From Promethearchaeota archaeon (GTDB taxonomy: Archaea > Asgardarchaeota > Lokiarchaeia > Sigyniarchaeales > SOKP01), in contig JBHLPN010000006.1 in assembly GCA_048939445.1 (NCBI GenBank), positions 1 to 33,723 on the forward strand: 33,723 bases of DNA. The letters run 5' to 3'. The translations under genes were made by a program, and so were the position numbers. The notes below the pieces were generated by a model, which made no database searches, was not told the DNA's origin, and was given only the letters and a program-made list of their open reading frames with translations. Below, in pieces: positions 32,001-33,723 of this stretch (positions are counted from its first letter, which is position 1; each line of letters opens with the position of its first letter).

Positions 32001-33723
32001 TTGATTAAAGTGCTCTCAGAGGAAGAACAGTTAAAACTTAAGGATGCTCACACAGATAAAGAGTTAAAACAAAACTTTAAAAAAATATCCTCAAGAAATC
32101 CTGATGCCTATTTTCCTACTAAGGAGCTTAGAAAATTGGGATATATGAGAAAAAACTGTGAATTTTGTGGAACATACTTTTGGACTATACTTAAAGATAG
32201 AAAAGTGTGTGGAGATGCTGTATGTTCAGGTGGATTTCAAGTAGTAGTTGATAATCCGTCTAGGATTAAATTATCATTCATTGAAGTATGGGAAAAAATA
32301 GTCGAGATTTTAGAACCAAGAGGATATCTTCCAATTAATAGATATCCATGCGTAGCTCGATGGAATCCAACATCAGAATTTACAATTGCTTCTATTTCAG
32401 CCTTCCAACCATACGTGATAACTGGAGAAGTAGAACCACCTGCAAAAAAGTTAATTATTCCTCAATTTTGTTTGAGATTTAATGATATTGAGAATGTGGG
32501 TATTACTGGAAGTCATTGCACGGGTTTTGTGATGATTGGCCAACACGCTTTTGTATCTCCAGAAGAGTGGAATCAAGATGAACTATTTAAGGATATACAT
32601 GATTTCATTCATAAAGGAGTCGGTCTTCCTTTAGAAGAAATCACAATTCATGAAGATTCATGGGCTGGTGGCGGTTCTTTCGGGTGTAGTCTTGAATTTT
32701 TCAGCAGAGGTGTAGAACTTTTTAATCAAGTATATACAATGTTTGAACAAACTCCTGAAGGTCCGAAAGAACTTAAACTTAAAGTACTTGATATGGGACT
32801 TGGTCAGGACCGTGTTGCATGGTTTTCTCAAGGTACTCCTAATATATATGAAGCTATTTATCCATATGTATTATCAAAGTTAAGAAAAATTACAAAAATC
32901 GAATTAGATTTAAAGCTATATAATCAATTTTCTCAATATTCAGCTTATTTAAATATCGATGAAGTAGAGGATCTGAATGAAACTTGGCAAAGAGTTGCTA
33001 ATGAATTGAATATTGGTGTAAAAGAACTAAAAAATAAAATTATGCCAATGACTGCTCTATACTCTATCGCTGAACACACTCGTAGTTTGCTATTTGCTAT
33101 AAATGACGGAAAACTGCCTTCTAATGTTGGTGGGGGTTATAATTTAAGAGTAATATTTAGACGTGCCATTAGTTTTATAGACAAGTTCAATTGGGATATT
33201 GATATGGCTGATGTATGTGTCTGGCATGCCAAAGAATTGAAAGGTATATTTCCAGAAGTATCAGAACATTTAGATGAAATTAGAGAGATTTTAAATGTCG
33301 AGCGAGAGAAATTTTATGCAACTAAGAAAAAAGCAGGAAAAATCTTGGAAAAAGTCCTAAAAAAAGGAGATATTACAATCGAAACATTAATAGAATTATA
33401 CGATTCTAATGGAATAAGTCCTGATATGGTAAAAATAGCAGCTAAAAATTATGGTGTAAAAGTAAAAGTTCCAGATGATTTTTATAGATTAATCGTCGAA
33501 AGACATGAAATAACTGAACAAGTTCATGCCACAGGAAAAGAAGTCGAATTGGATTTAGAAGGAATTCCTGAAACAAAATCACTTTATTATTATGACTATA
33601 CTAAGACTTTCAATGAAGCAAAAGTCTTGAAAATCATTGATAAAATGGTTGTTTTAGATAAAACCGTTGTATACCCAACTTCAGGAGGGCAACTTCATGA
33701 TATTGGAACGATTAATGGTCAAA
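32001..33723 (+). CDS. alaS: archaeal alanine--tRNA ligase, runs off the window end (start TTG 32001 or GTG 32010)
   Basis: Not in the ORF track because there is no stop. Hand translation gives RKNCEFCGTYFWT...VCGD..C, RYPCVARW, IASISAFQP, PQFCLRFNDIENVGITGSHCTGFVMIGQHAF, WAGGG, DMGLG, PSNVGGGYNLR, LYDSNGI, YPTSGGQLHD. Confidence 0.95.
   Translation, partial: MIKVLSEEEQLKLKDAHTDKELKQNFKKISSRNPDAYFPTKELRKLGYMRKNCEFCGTYFWTILKDRKVCGDAVCSGGFQVVVDNPSRIKLSFIEVWEKIVEILEPRGYLPINRYPCVARWNPTSEFTIASISAFQPYVITGEVEPPAKKLIIPQFCLRFNDIENVGITGSHCTGFVMIGQHAFVSPEEWNQDELFKDIHDFIHKGVGLPLEEITIHEDSWAGGGSFGCSLEFFSRGVELFNQVYTMFEQTPEGPKELKLKVLDMGLGQDRVAWFSQGTPNIYEAIYPYVLSKLRKITKIELDLKLYNQFSQYSAYLNIDEVEDLNETWQRVANELNIGVKELKNKIMPMTALYSIAEHTRSLLFAINDGKLPSNVGGGYNLRVIFRRAISFIDKFNWDIDMADVCVWHAKELKGIFPEVSEHLDEIREILNVEREKFYATKKKAGKILEKVLKKGDITIETLIELYDSNGISPDMVKIAAKNYGVKVKVPDDFYRLIVERHEITEQVHATGKEVELDLEGIPETKSLYYYDYTKTFNEAKVLKIIDKMVVLDKTVVYPTSGGQLHDIGTINGQ

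Overview
AT-rich archaeal DNA. The gene content (archaeal AlaRS, FtsZ, methanopterin/F420 genes, a eukaryote-like ubiquitin toolkit) points to an Asgard archaeon, probably Lokiarchaeia; this is inferred, not searched. (1) 1-17653 is a pterin/F420 cofactor cluster: mptG, mptD, DUF447, DUF1464, a DHPS-like gene, cofH, cofG, arfC, an amidohydrolase and mptA. It is interrupted by an uncharacterised glycyl-radical enzyme module, a reverse rubrerythrin and a Glu/Leu/Phe/Val dehydrogenase-CBS fusion. (2) 17786-25753 is the most interesting part, a self-contained ubiquitin-like conjugation locus. A Ubl ending in -AG, a Uba2/Uba3-type E1, an E2, a JAMM isopeptidase and a ~6-TM protein with a C-terminal RING-like finger form one co-oriented run. 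Next to it lie a wHTH regulator, a membrane-anchored non-conjugatable Ubl paralog, a second acidic-tailed Ubl and a long coiled-coil protein. Both free Ubls and the coiled-coil protein share a K-T-P-[S/A] linear motif. (3) 25765-33723 holds a nucleotidyltransferase, an EndoQ-like PHP protein, a zinc ribbon, ftsZ, a split-barrel protein, an SLC13-like permease and a 3'-truncated alaS. Several genes appear to start at ATT codons missed by the ORF track. I saw no tRNA, rRNA, CRISPR array or transposase.
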